From the NCBI GenBank assembly GCA_964590955.1, contig CAZPYT010000002.1:1-52072 (forward strand): a DNA stretch of 52,072 bases, read 5' to 3'. Shown here piece after piece: positions 36,897 to 46,042 of the stretch (positions are counted from its first letter, which is position 1; every line of letters begins with the position of its first letter). The position numbers and the translations under genes are program-made. Under the pieces are notes generated by a model. The model saw nothing but the letters and a program-made list of their open reading frames with translations. It was not told where the DNA came from and did no database searches. The stretch comes from an uncultured Candidatus Saccharibacteria bacterium. GTDB lineage: Bacteria > Patescibacteriota > WWE3 > UBA101185 > UBA10185.

Positions 36897-38158
36897 TATT
36901 CAACAAACCTCTTGCAGTCTTCTTTTTGTTCAGAAAAATCATCATTATATTCTTTTTCCAGATCATTCCAGGAATCAATACAATATTTGTATGCATTTAT
37001 ACTGCCCTCAATGTTTAACTCATCAACAAGTTGTTCGATATTGCTGCTGTTTCTCAGGTATTCCTGCTTATTATCGTAAACTTGCATATACGTAATTTTT
37101 GAATTTGTATAGCCGTCCCAAAGTATTTCATCAATTTCCAGATTTCTTGCCAGCAGTTTTTGCAGCTTGTTCAGTTTATCCGACGGCACAAACTCGCTAT
37201 CAACGTTTTCCCAACTCTTTAGAACTTCTGCATCTTGAATTTTTCTTTGTTCCCAAAAAATAACCTGTTCATAGTCATAGCTTACTAAAGTATTAGGATT
37301 TAAATTTTTCCTATTTTCCGGAGTTTCTGTTGTTTGCTCAGTGATCTTTTCCGGTGGAATTACAGCCGTACCATTATCTTCTGCAATTATTTTTTCAACA
37401 ATTGAAATTGCGTGTTTTGCAGTTATTGCATATCCTATGCCTTCTGAGGGTTCATTTTGATTTATCCAACTGGTTTTAGCTGTATTTATACCTATTACTC
37501 CACAGCTATTCACGAGAGGTCCTCCTGAATTACCGGGGTTAATTGGTGTATCGGTCTGATATACTTTGATATCTTCATTCAGTGTTGTTTCTCTTGAAAT
37601 AATTCCTTTAGTTATTGTTGAGTCACCGTAAGGGCTGTTAGGCCAGCCTACAGCGTACACTGTTTCTGCCAGAGTATCGTTTTCCGGATTTGCCCATTCG
37701 CAAAAGTTTTGAGCCTCATCGATGCGCAGCACAGCTATATCATCTTTTTCTGAAAAACCTGCAATGCGCGCCTTATATTCTATACCGTTATACAAAACAT
37801 CAGAAAAACCATCTTTTGAACCGGAGATCACATGATAATTTGTTACCAGCCATCCCCCCGGTTTGATCACAAACCCGGATCCGTGTTGTTCGGAATTTCC
37901 TATAAGCAAAGTGCATTGTTTTGCTTTTCTCAAGGTTTCTTTTTCACTGCAACCTACCTCTCGGACGGATGTTATTTCATGCTGCGGTGCCGTCTTAAAA
38001 AATGTTAAGTAAAGTTCATACGAAGATTTTAGTCGGCTCACAACGTTTTTAGTGTCTCCTGCAATTACCAGCACAGTAGTGTATAACGTCAGCACAATAA
38101 CAATTCCAATAAGAAGATATCTGGCAGCTAGTTTTAAGTGTTTGAAAAAGTCGTTCAC
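36893..38158 (-). CDS. membrane-anchored trypsin-like (S1) serine protease with an uncharacterised C-terminal domain
   Basis: GSGFVI..LVTNYHVI (His), DIAVLRI (Asp), GNSGGPLVN (Ser). No PDZ-like sequence recognised in the roughly 170 C-terminal residues. Confidence 0.8.
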   Translation of the reverse strand: MNDFFKHLKLAARYLLIGIVIVLTLYTTVLVIAGDTKNVVSRLKSSYELYLTFFKTAPQHEITSVREVGCSEKETLRKAKQCTLLIGNSEQHGSGFVIKPGGWLVTNYHVISGSKDGFSDVLYNGIEYKARIAGFSEKDDIAVLRIDEAQNFCEWANPENDTLAETVYAVGWPNSPYGDSTITKGIISRETTLNEDIKVYQTDTPINPGNSGGPLVNSCGVIGINTAKTSWINQNEPSEGIGYAITAKHAISIVEKIIAEDNGTAVIPPEKITEQTTETPENRKNLNPNTLVSYDYEQVIFWEQRKIQDAEVLKSWENVDSEFVPSDKLNKLQKLLARNLEIDEILWDGYTNSKITYMQVYDNKQEYLRNSSNIEQLVDELNIEGSINAYKYCIDSWNDLEKEYNDDFSEQKEDCKRFVEY

Positions 38159-38174
38159 TGCTAATAATTATATA

Positions 38175-38663
38175 TTATGTAAGGCCGGTGATGTCAGGGG
38201 AAACTATACTTTTATAATCTTCTGACTTTATTGCAATTGATACGCGCCTGTCTCCGGCGTTGAAAACAATTATATTGTTGGAGAAAATTTCGGAATCCGC
38301 GATTACTCTTATTCCGAATAAATTTCCGAATGGAGGTACACCTCCAGGTACTACGCCCCGCGTTATATACATAACCTCATTTTCGGTAGCAAATCTTATG
38401 TCTTTTACTTCCAGATATTTTTTAAGTTTGTCTTTATTAAATTTTTTATCTCCCGGAACTACCAGCATAACAAACTCGTTGCTGTCTTTTGTTTTTTTTA
38501 TTCTCACAATTAAGGCTTTGGTTCCTTGGTTCATGGTGTATTTTGGTCTTATCCTAGCGGCCTCTTCGCTTGTTCTGACGGGTTCGTGCTCCATGTAGTC
38601 AAACCATAGGTTATTCTTCTTAAGCAAATTTAAGATATCTTCAACTGTTTTATGATACGTCAT
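38175..38663 (-). CDS. YbaK/ProX-type aminoacyl-tRNA deacylase domain protein
   Basis: KALIV.., GVVPGGVPPFG, NAGDRRVSI are typical YbaK/EbsC blocks. Confidence 0.65.
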   Translation of the reverse strand: MTYHKTVEDILNLLKKNNLWFDYMEHEPVRTSEEAARIRPKYTMNQGTKALIVRIKKTKDSNEFVMLVVPGDKKFNKDKLKKYLEVKDIRFATENEVMYITRGVVPGGVPPFGNLFGIRVIADSEIFSNNIIVFNAGDRRVSIAIKSEDYKSIVSPDITGLT

Positions 38664-39781
38664 TCTGATAATTCTTTGCGGAATATTGCTTGGGCGGTAT
38701 CCCAGAAAAATGGATTATTATTATAAAATTTTTCCCAATACCACCACTCAGCTCCCCATAAGTAGTATTCTCTAAATCCTGCTTTTTGGGCGTACGCCAT
38801 TGTATCCAAAAAGTCATGGCGCGACATAGTTTTATTTTTTTCTCTTTCGGCCAGTTTATTATTTATGGTAGGTCCCCATGGTTCTGCCTGTAATTCTGTA
38901 ACTATTATTTTTTCCGGCGGTACAAGTGTTAAGTCTGCCTTAATTTTATAAGTCCAGTGTGCGAGCGGATATTTGAAGTAAATGAAGTTTCCTAAAAATA
39001 CATGCCAAAAGTCATACCAGACTTTTCGATACATAGAAATCCCCAGATAGTCTCCAATCTGATAGGTCGGAAACCAAAAGCCGCCCTCACCGCTGTCTTG
39101 TACCAGCACCGGGCGTTTGTCCAAAGATTTTACAAGCTCGATTTCTCTCGTTACCAGGCTTTTTTTAATTTCAGGAACACATTCTCCAAACTTAAAAAAT
39201 GGTTCATTTTCGACCTGCCACATTTTTATATTGTCATATCCTTTAAAAGTGTCCACAGCGACTTTTATGTATTCCAGCAGTTCTACATCTTTAAAATCGT
39301 CATTTCCCATTTCTTTCCACCATCCCGGCTCAAAGCATTCCGGGTATCTTGGAACTTTTCTGCCAATTGTCATGATTACTTTAACATCTCTACTGCGGGC
39401 TTCATCCAGCTGCCATAAAATATCTTCGAAATTATAATTGTCGCGATCTCTTTCGATGTCATCCCAGTAAGCCACCAAGCGCAAATTTCTCGAACCCAAA
39501 TCATCCAGAATAGCTGTATAAACTGTTTTCCAGTCCATACCTAAATCTCTGGCATATTTATTGCTGAAGGTAATTCCATATTCAATATTCTCTTGTACTT
39601 TTGGCTTATAGATTATAAATAAAATAAAAGGTGCAATTGCTGCTAAAATCAAAAAAATGAAAATTACTTTTACCACGTGTAATCTAAATAACTTAACAAT
39701 TAGATTGCGCGCGTGTTTGAATTCAATTACCTCTTTTGATAAGCCTCTTTTTTTAAATGGAAATATATCGGGCAGTTTCAT
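38660..39781 (-). CDS. membrane-anchored clan GH-A (TIM-barrel) glycoside hydrolase
   Basis: N-terminal TM. WQVENEP (acid/base NEP) and IIVTELQAEPW (nucleophile TE). Confidence 0.55.
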   Translation of the reverse strand: MKLPDIFPFKKRGLSKEVIEFKHARNLIVKLFRLHVVKVIFIFLILAAIAPFILFIIYKPKVQENIEYGITFSNKYARDLGMDWKTVYTAILDDLGSRNLRLVAYWDDIERDRDNYNFEDILWQLDEARSRDVKVIMTIGRKVPRYPECFEPGWWKEMGNDDFKDVELLEYIKVAVDTFKGYDNIKMWQVENEPFFKFGECVPEIKKSLVTREIELVKSLDKRPVLVQDSGEGGFWFPTYQIGDYLGISMYRKVWYDFWHVFLGNFIYFKYPLAHWTYKIKADLTLVPPEKIIVTELQAEPWGPTINNKLAEREKNKTMSRHDFLDTMAYAQKAGFREYYLWGAEWWYWEKFYNNNPFFWDTAQAIFRKELSE

Positions 39782-39782
39782 A

Positions 39783-40991
39783 TTACTTATTTATCGTACC
39801 ACTTTTACATATCTTTGCGTATTCATAATACGAGGGTCTTGGAATTCTTTTTAGCCCGTTATTATGGTCAACTTCTATAAGACCGAATCGCGGCCAAAAG
39901 CCTTCGGCCCATTCGTAATTGTCTAAAAGGGTCCAGTGAAAATATCCTTTTAAAGGTACCCCTTGCTCTATAGCTTGTGCGCACTTCCACAAAATTTCAT
40001 TTAAATACCAGGCTCTGTTTTTGTCCTCGGCATCTGCCAATCCATTTTCTGTAACATAAATGGGAATTCCGTATTTTTTTAATTTAACCAAAATGTGTTT
40101 AATACCTTCTGTTTTGAGCCACCAGCCCAAGTCGGATAATTTGTCATTCGCATTATTAAGCCTGAAGTTTTTAATTGTGTTGGTGAAATAAAAGTTTAAA
40201 CCAATTAAGTCTAGATGACCTCGCAAGCGTTTTAAGAAGAAATCACTATTTAAATAATTAACTAATTTTGCAATTACTTTATCGTAAAAATAAACACCGT
40301 TATTGTATGTAATATTTTTTACTATACCCACTTTATAATCGCCGACTTTTTTAATTTCTGTGTACGCTTTATTATGTGCCGCTATCATATTGAATTGGCA
40401 AATCAGTACCAAGAGGGGGTTGGTTTTTTGCGGCGGCCATCTTCCTACTAGGTAGGAAACCACAGAATATACTTGAGGTTCGTTAATAGTTAGATATACA
40501 TCAACTAAGCCGTCGAATTCTTCTGCGCACTTTCTTGCATAGCGTGCAAACAGGTTAGGTGTTCTCGAGGCTGTCCATCCGCCCAAATCAGCAAGCCATT
40601 TCGGACTGGTGAAGTGATGGAGTGTTACAAAAGTTTTGAGTCCTCTGTCTTTGGCTGCCTTTAACACTTTTTTGTAGTGGTCAAAATCTTTTTTACTGAA
40701 TCTACCTTTCTCAGGTTCAAGCCTTGCCCATTCAACACCAATTCTAACGGCATTAGTATTCAGATTTGCTGCCAAATCAAAATCTTCTTCGTAGCGTTTG
40801 TAAGAGTCTGTTGCCTCACCGGATGGTTCCAGCGGCCATTTAGATTTATTCACAAATATTGAATTTTTATCTTTTGATCTGTCACGATTTTCCCAGAACC
40901 ACCAGTCAGAATTTCTATTATTACCTTCAACTTGATGTCCCGCTGTCGAAGTTCCCCACAAAAAATCTTCAGGAAATTTATATTGTTCCAT
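39783..40991 (-). CDS. GH1 beta-glucosidase
   Basis: FPEDFLWGTSTAGHQVEG, TLHHFTSPKW, LTINEP, YVTENG, HWTLLDNYEW. Confidence 0.9.
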   Translation of the reverse strand: MEQYKFPEDFLWGTSTAGHQVEGNNRNSDWWFWENRDRSKDKNSIFVNKSKWPLEPSGEATDSYKRYEEDFDLAANLNTNAVRIGVEWARLEPEKGRFSKKDFDHYKKVLKAAKDRGLKTFVTLHHFTSPKWLADLGGWTASRTPNLFARYARKCAEEFDGLVDVYLTINEPQVYSVVSYLVGRWPPQKTNPLLVLICQFNMIAAHNKAYTEIKKVGDYKVGIVKNITYNNGVYFYDKVIAKLVNYLNSDFFLKRLRGHLDLIGLNFYFTNTIKNFRLNNANDKLSDLGWWLKTEGIKHILVKLKKYGIPIYVTENGLADAEDKNRAWYLNEILWKCAQAIEQGVPLKGYFHWTLLDNYEWAEGFWPRFGLIEVDHNNGLKRIPRPSYYEYAKICKSGTINK

Positions 40992-41004
40992 TATTAAAGT
41001 ATAG

Positions 41005-41538
41005 CTAATTCCTGGTTCTAGCGTAATCTACAAAACCGCATCTTAATTCCAAATCTGTAGCGAAGGAATTATAATTGGAATAATCCCTAATATTTTGCTT
41101 TGCTGCAATACAAACCAGATCTTCCAAAGCAAAGCCATAGTAATTTGCGTTTGGTAAGTTTTTTGTATTTTCGCTGTCTTGTATGAAAGTCAGCCCTTTA
41201 ATGCGTCCAAAAACTTTTTCGGTATCTTTCTCAGAAATGTTTTGAAAGACAACGCCCTTGCCTAAAATCTCATAATCTGCTTTTTGTGTTTGCCAGACAA
41301 AATTGGCATCCATAACCTCGACTACATTTTGCCCGACATTTCTTGCTATATCCACTAAAATATCATCGACAGCAAATTCAGAGCGTGCAGTTTGATTCTC
41401 TTGACTTTCATATTTTGTATCAGTTGCTGTTGTTTGTATACCGCCTACCTCAGGTTTTTTCATCTCCACATCAAATAAAAAAAGGAGGACAGGAATGGCT
41501 GCGAGTAAAAGCACAGTAATCAGACTTTTTATCTTCAT
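41005..41538 (-). CDS. secreted hypothetical protein
   Basis: Signal peptide MKIKSLITVLLLAAIPVLLFLF. TAAAAT (41545-41550 on the minus strand) lies 6 nt from the ATG. Confidence 0.55.
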   Translation of the reverse strand: MKIKSLITVLLLAAIPVLLFLFDVEMKKPEVGGIQTTATDTKYESQENQTARSEFAVDDILVDIARNVGQNVVEVMDANFVWQTQKADYEILGKGVVFQNISEKDTEKVFGRIKGLTFIQDSENTKNLPNANYYGFALEDLVCIAAKQNIRDYSNYNSFATDLELRCGFVDYARTRN

Positions 41539-41566
41539 ATTTATATTTTACACAGGAAAATGTAAA

Positions 41567-41687
41567 GCGCCAGATCTGAATAACAATAAAATTAGATAGT
41601 TTCTAAAGTTATCAGATCCGGCGCGAATTTTTGGGTTTCAGCCTGTCCAATTTGTAAACAACTCTTTTTAAAGTTGAGGCTGAAACC
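41567..41687. repeat. two adjacent long inverted repeats
   Basis: IR1 is GCGCCAGATCTGAATAAC (41567-41584) against GTTATCAGATCCGGCGC (41608-41624). IR2 is GGTTTCAGCCT (41634-41644) against AGGCTGAAACC (41677-41687), a perfect 11 bp. Confidence 0.6.
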
Positions 41688-41785
41688 GTGGCAAAAGGAG
41701 GAGAAGAGAAATCACTGCCGCTATTATACCCCATAGCCGTTTAAACGTCAACTCTCTTTACTGAAAGTCTTGTTAACCCACAATA

Positions 41786-43267
41786 TTATTTGTTTACCAG
41801 ATTTCTTACAGCTGCAGTAATTTCAGGGAAATTAAAGTATCGATTAAGCTCCTGTTCCCAATTCGGATCGGTTATATATACATGAGGTTCAACCCCCTTT
41901 CCTTCAATAGTGAGTCCGTCATCCCTAAGCGTTAAGCTATGTACAAGCATGACAGAGTATTCCTCATTTTCCGGATCCATTTGGTTATTTATTTTATATA
42001 CACTTTCTACTGTACCCCAACCTTTTGTAGGCACGCCTACTAAGATGCCAACATTGTATTTTTTAAGTGTTGCCGCAAATACTTCACCGGAAGATTGCAC
42101 CTGTTCATCAATTAGTACAATAACCTTTTTGTATCTAATCAGACTTGGTAGCCAACCTGTTACGGTTTTATAATCTTCTTTTTCACCTCTTACATAAAAT
42201 TGATAAGCATACTGATCCTTACCTATGAACGGTCCTAAAAAGTAAGTTAACCCGTCGATTGCTCCACCTATGTTTCCTCTTAGATCTATAATTAATGTAT
42301 CAAGCTGATTTGTTGCCTGAGCTTCTGCTTTATCCATAACTCTGACCAGTTCTTCTACAGTTGTTGGTGAGAACTTTGTTATATGAATGTAGAAAATTCT
42401 TGGGGAAATATAATAATTTTTAATTGTCGGATTTACTCCTAAGTCATCATACACTTTTTTATTTCCGGTATCTCCTAAAACTTCGTGAGCTAGCGAAAGT
42501 TTGTTCTTTTCTCGTGTTACCTCTTCGGTTTGAAGTTGCGTGTTCAATTCTTTTAGCTTTTCGTTGTAAGCTGTATCAATTTGTTCTTCACTGGCACTTT
42601 TAGAAACTCCTAAAGTATCGTAATGATTCGTATTGGGATCAACATTTTTAACTACATTGGCTAGTTCTTTCTGTTTTTGCGATGTGTATAAGCGACTTCT
42701 TCCGAATGGTTCTAAATTAGCTAGAGTAACATCCACTAGTTTTGACATAAACTCCTTTTTTTCATTATCGCTTTTTCCTGATAAGATACTGCTCAATACC
42801 CCCTCTATTTGACTTGTGTTTGTTACATTAGTGGTTACAGGTTTGCCGTTTATTTTTTCAATAGCCAATTTGACAATATTGCTAAGTTGTTCATCGGTGA
42901 GCACATTCCAATATTTAGATTTTATGAGGTTGTATACTTCGAAAAAAAATTTAATGTGTACATCCTGGCTTTGTGATATCGCCACGTCTCCTAGTGCCTC
43001 GTTGTCAAATACACTGCTGTCCGGCAGTAGGGTTTCCCATTCATTGCTTTTTGGAGATTTTCTTCCGGCAATTGCTATAATCAAAACTCCAACTACAACT
43101 AATGCTGATATTTTGGTTTTGTTATCAATTTTATCCAGTTTTAGTTTTTTTGAAATTTCTGAAGCTTTTTTGGCAGCTGTTACCATTTTCTTAGCTACTA
43201 TCTCAGCTTTGTCCTTATCTATTTTTATTTTCGGAAATTTATTTTTAAATGAATCCGCAATTCTCAT
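41786..43267 (-). CDS. S41 (C-terminal processing) peptidase with an inserted HPD-less J-like domain
   Basis: LIIDLRGNIGG and SSGEVFAATLK are S41 blocks. HYDTLGVSKSASEEQIDTAYNEKLKEL..LAHEVLGDTGNKKVYDDLG resembles a DnaJ J-domain, with NTQ where HPD should be. TM at ISALVVVGVLIIAIAG. Confidence 0.65.
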   Translation of the reverse strand: MRIADSFKNKFPKIKIDKDKAEIVAKKMVTAAKKASEISKKLKLDKIDNKTKISALVVVGVLIIAIAGRKSPKSNEWETLLPDSSVFDNEALGDVAISQSQDVHIKFFFEVYNLIKSKYWNVLTDEQLSNIVKLAIEKINGKPVTTNVTNTSQIEGVLSSILSGKSDNEKKEFMSKLVDVTLANLEPFGRSRLYTSQKQKELANVVKNVDPNTNHYDTLGVSKSASEEQIDTAYNEKLKELNTQLQTEEVTREKNKLSLAHEVLGDTGNKKVYDDLGVNPTIKNYYISPRIFYIHITKFSPTTVEELVRVMDKAEAQATNQLDTLIIDLRGNIGGAIDGLTYFLGPFIGKDQYAYQFYVRGEKEDYKTVTGWLPSLIRYKKVIVLIDEQVQSSGEVFAATLKKYNVGILVGVPTKGWGTVESVYKINNQMDPENEEYSVMLVHSLTLRDDGLTIEGKGVEPHVYITDPNWEQELNRYFNFPEITAAVRNLVNK

Positions 43268-43294
43268 AGCTTATGTAATATATCATATTTCCCT

Positions 43295-43735
43295 CTACGG
43301 GAAATACTCTAGTTTATCACCCGGATTAATGTTTTTGTCATCGATTTGTCCGCCTCTAAGTTCCAATACATATTTTGCTTTTTGATATTGTGGGTAGTAC
43401 GATTTGCATTGTTCAAAAAGACACGTGGCTGCATTTTTTTCAATATGCACTATATAAAAGTTTTCATCTAACCATATAATATCCAATGGGACTAAAGTGT
43501 TTTTCATCCACATTACATGTTTGCCTGAGTAAGGAAATTCAAATAAAATACCGCGGCTAGTATGTATATACGGTCTAAACATAAAGCCGACAGTTTGTTT
43601 CCATACTGTGTTTGCAATTTCGATATAGTATGTATGGCCGTTTATCGTAACTTTATCGAGTGTGCGGTTTCGTAACAAGTATGCTGCTAAAAACGATGCG
43701 ACAACAAAAAAAGTAATAACATATATTTTTCGCAT
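43295..43735 (-). CDS. DUF192 family protein
   Basis: VGFMFR..GILFEF..MWMKNTLVPLDIIWLD fits the DUF192/COG1430 pattern. N-terminal anchor. Confidence 0.7.
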   Translation of the reverse strand: MRKIYVITFFVVASFLAAYLLRNRTLDKVTINGHTYYIEIANTVWKQTVGFMFRPYIHTSRGILFEFPYSGKHVMWMKNTLVPLDIIWLDENFYIVHIEKNAATCLFEQCKSYYPQYQKAKYVLELRGGQIDDKNINPGDKLEYFP

Positions 43736-43791
43736 TACTTAATTCTATACAAATTGAATAATTAAGTACAAAGTGCCATAATTTAATAACT

Positions 43792-44463
43792 ATGAAAAAA
43801 ATACTTCCATTAATAATTCTAATATTAGTACTTATTTTCGTTGCATTCTTTGTTTACAAACCAAAAAGTGAGGTGCCTTCTACTAAAAGCACGTCACCGG
43901 GCATGACAGTAGGGGAAGGTGTAGTGGAAAAATTTAGTGGCTCGCTGATGGATTTGTTTAATTCTGGAAAAGCTATGAAATGTACTAGCACGTTTAAAAC
44001 TGATGACGGAACAATGAGTACGTTAGCCTATGTATCAAAAGAAAAGACCTATGCAGAAACTATGTACAAAAGTACTGCAGGTGAAGAAATGGCTAACTAC
44101 GCAATTTTCGATGGTGATTGGATGTACAGCTGGGATGACACAAAGAAAGGCACAAAGATGCAGATCTCAAAACTTGAAGAGTTGGGTGATGATACCGAAG
44201 TAACCTATGACGAAGAAGAAATGGATGAAACTGATTTTTCCGAAGTAGATAAATCGGTAGAAATGGATGCCGACTATTCTTGTGAACCCTGGTCCGTTGA
44301 TAACAGTAAATTTTCTCCACCGGCAGATGTCGAATTTATGGATTTTGAGGAAATGATGCAGCAAGCATTGCCTGAAGGAATGCCCCAGGTTGATTGTTCA
44401 CTTTGCGATGAGCTTGATGATGCCGCAGCTGCTGCACAGTGTAGAACAGCTTTGGGTTGTTAA
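43792..44463 (+). CDS. secreted acidic hypothetical protein
   Basis: Signal/anchor MKKILPLIILILVLIFVAFFV. D/E-rich C-terminal half with paired Cys. Confidence 0.55.
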   Translation: MKKILPLIILILVLIFVAFFVYKPKSEVPSTKSTSPGMTVGEGVVEKFSGSLMDLFNSGKAMKCTSTFKTDDGTMSTLAYVSKEKTYAETMYKSTAGEEMANYAIFDGDWMYSWDDTKKGTKMQISKLEELGDDTEVTYDEEEMDETDFSEVDKSVEMDADYSCEPWSVDNSKFSPPADVEFMDFEEMMQQALPEGMPQVDCSLCDELDDAAAAAQCRTALGC

Positions 44464-44493
44464 AATTTTAAAATAGAAGTAGTATATGCTCAT

Positions 44494-44531
44494 GAAGAAC
44501 CGACGCCCTACCAGTCGGCTTCTTCGTTTTT
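44494..44531 (+). terminator. rho-independent terminator
   Basis: GAAGAACCGAC pairs with GTCGGCTTCTTC (one bulge), followed by GTTTTT. Confidence 0.65.
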
Positions 44532-44749
44532 ATAGAATAAACTAACTGCTTATGCTTGTAGTAAGCGTTTTCATAGTTTTGGCGAGTGTTGTTTTGCAAA
44601 AAAATTACTGCACACCTTTTGTGTAAATCGATGGTAGTTGCGAATTTTTATATAAAACTGCCTGTTAACATTGTTTACAATTCTATCGAATCTTATTTCA
44701 ATAAAAAACAAAATTGGCGTGTGATTATTTTTGACTGTAAAATCAGATA

Positions 44750-46042
44750 ATGTCTGCAACCACTTTTATGCAAAGATCGTTTGATTACAAAAGGTTTTTT
44801 GATATTAGTTTTTATAAGAATAAAGATGTGCAGAAATCTCTTTTTGTCACCGTTGCCTCCATATTAAATGGTTTTTTCGCTTATTTACTGCAAATATTTT
44901 TAGGCAGATCACTAACCGTAGGAGATTACGGGACCTTCAATGCGTTCATGTCGCTATTTAGCCTCTTAACATTTTTTAACGCAGCGATTTCCACGGCAGT
45001 GATAAAGGTAGTATCAGAGCAGCAAGACAAAAAAATGCTGACTGCATTGTTTTGGGATTTAAGTCTAAAATTTTTTGGTGTAGGTGCCTTGCTCTTTCTT
45101 GTCTTGGCCTTATTTAAAAACCAGCTGTCTGATTTTCTTAATATTTCGGAACCGGTGCTGTTTATATTTTTTGGCCTATACCTATTTTCAAAATACTTTT
45201 CATTACCGTTAAACTCTTTTTTACAAGGTCTGCTAGAATTTAACCTTTATTCGTTAGCATTAATCTTATCCGGTTTTTTTAGAGCCGCATTGGCAATTGC
45301 TGCCGCATACTTGGGTTTTGCAGTGATAGGTGTTTTTATTGGAATTAGCACAGCGGAATTTCTTGTAGTTATTTTAGTATTTTTGTTGTTAAAGAAGCAC
45401 TTTATAAATTCTGAAAAAAAATATGAGCTGTCACTTTACGAAAAAAGAATTATTCAATTAAGTTTGCCTGTATTTACAACTTATTTTGGAATGATGTTTT
45501 TCTTTAATATAGATATATTGATGGTTAAAAAATTTTTTGATGCTAATACTACCGGTCTTTATGTAGGCGCCGCCACAGTTGGAAAGCTGCTATTGTTTGG
45601 TGCCAGCTCTGTTTCATTTATAATGTTACCGCAAATTTCCAGCCTGAGAGCACGCTCAGAAAACTACCTGTCCAGATTCAACACTTTTGCTCTGGTGCAA
45701 ACGGCCATCGCACTGATCGGTCTTATAATATTTTTGATATTTCCTAAATTTATTACATTGCTATTTTTTGGAAAGAACTTTTTGGGATCCGTTAAACTTG
45801 TACCCTTGTATGCACTTTTTATATCAATTTATGTGATGATAAATTTTATGACGAGATATTTTATTGCTATCGATCGTGTGAAGGTGACTAACATCCTATT
45901 AATTGGTTTTTCCTTTTTACAGTTTGTTTTGTTGGCAATATTTCACGGTACACTCGAAGCGGTGTTAAGCGTTAATTTGATTGTAGTCACCGGGCTATTT
46001 TTATCTTTAGTTTATTACCATTTTCGTGTCCATGCAGCTTAG
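44750..46042 (+). CDS. MOP/Wzx-type polysaccharide flippase
   Basis: 430 aa with about 12-14 TM helices and Polysacc_synt-like organisation. TAAAAT (44738-44743) lies 6 nt from the ATG. Confidence 0.6.
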   Translation: MSATTFMQRSFDYKRFFDISFYKNKDVQKSLFVTVASILNGFFAYLLQIFLGRSLTVGDYGTFNAFMSLFSLLTFFNAAISTAVIKVVSEQQDKKMLTALFWDLSLKFFGVGALLFLVLALFKNQLSDFLNISEPVLFIFFGLYLFSKYFSLPLNSFLQGLLEFNLYSLALILSGFFRAALAIAAAYLGFAVIGVFIGISTAEFLVVILVFLLLKKHFINSEKKYELSLYEKRIIQLSLPVFTTYFGMMFFFNIDILMVKKFFDANTTGLYVGAATVGKLLLFGASSVSFIMLPQISSLRARSENYLSRFNTFALVQTAIALIGLIIFLIFPKFITLLFFGKNFLGSVKLVPLYALFISIYVMINFMTRYFIAIDRVKVTNILLIGFSFLQFVLLAIFHGTLEAVLSVNLIVVTGLFLSLVYYHFRVHAA

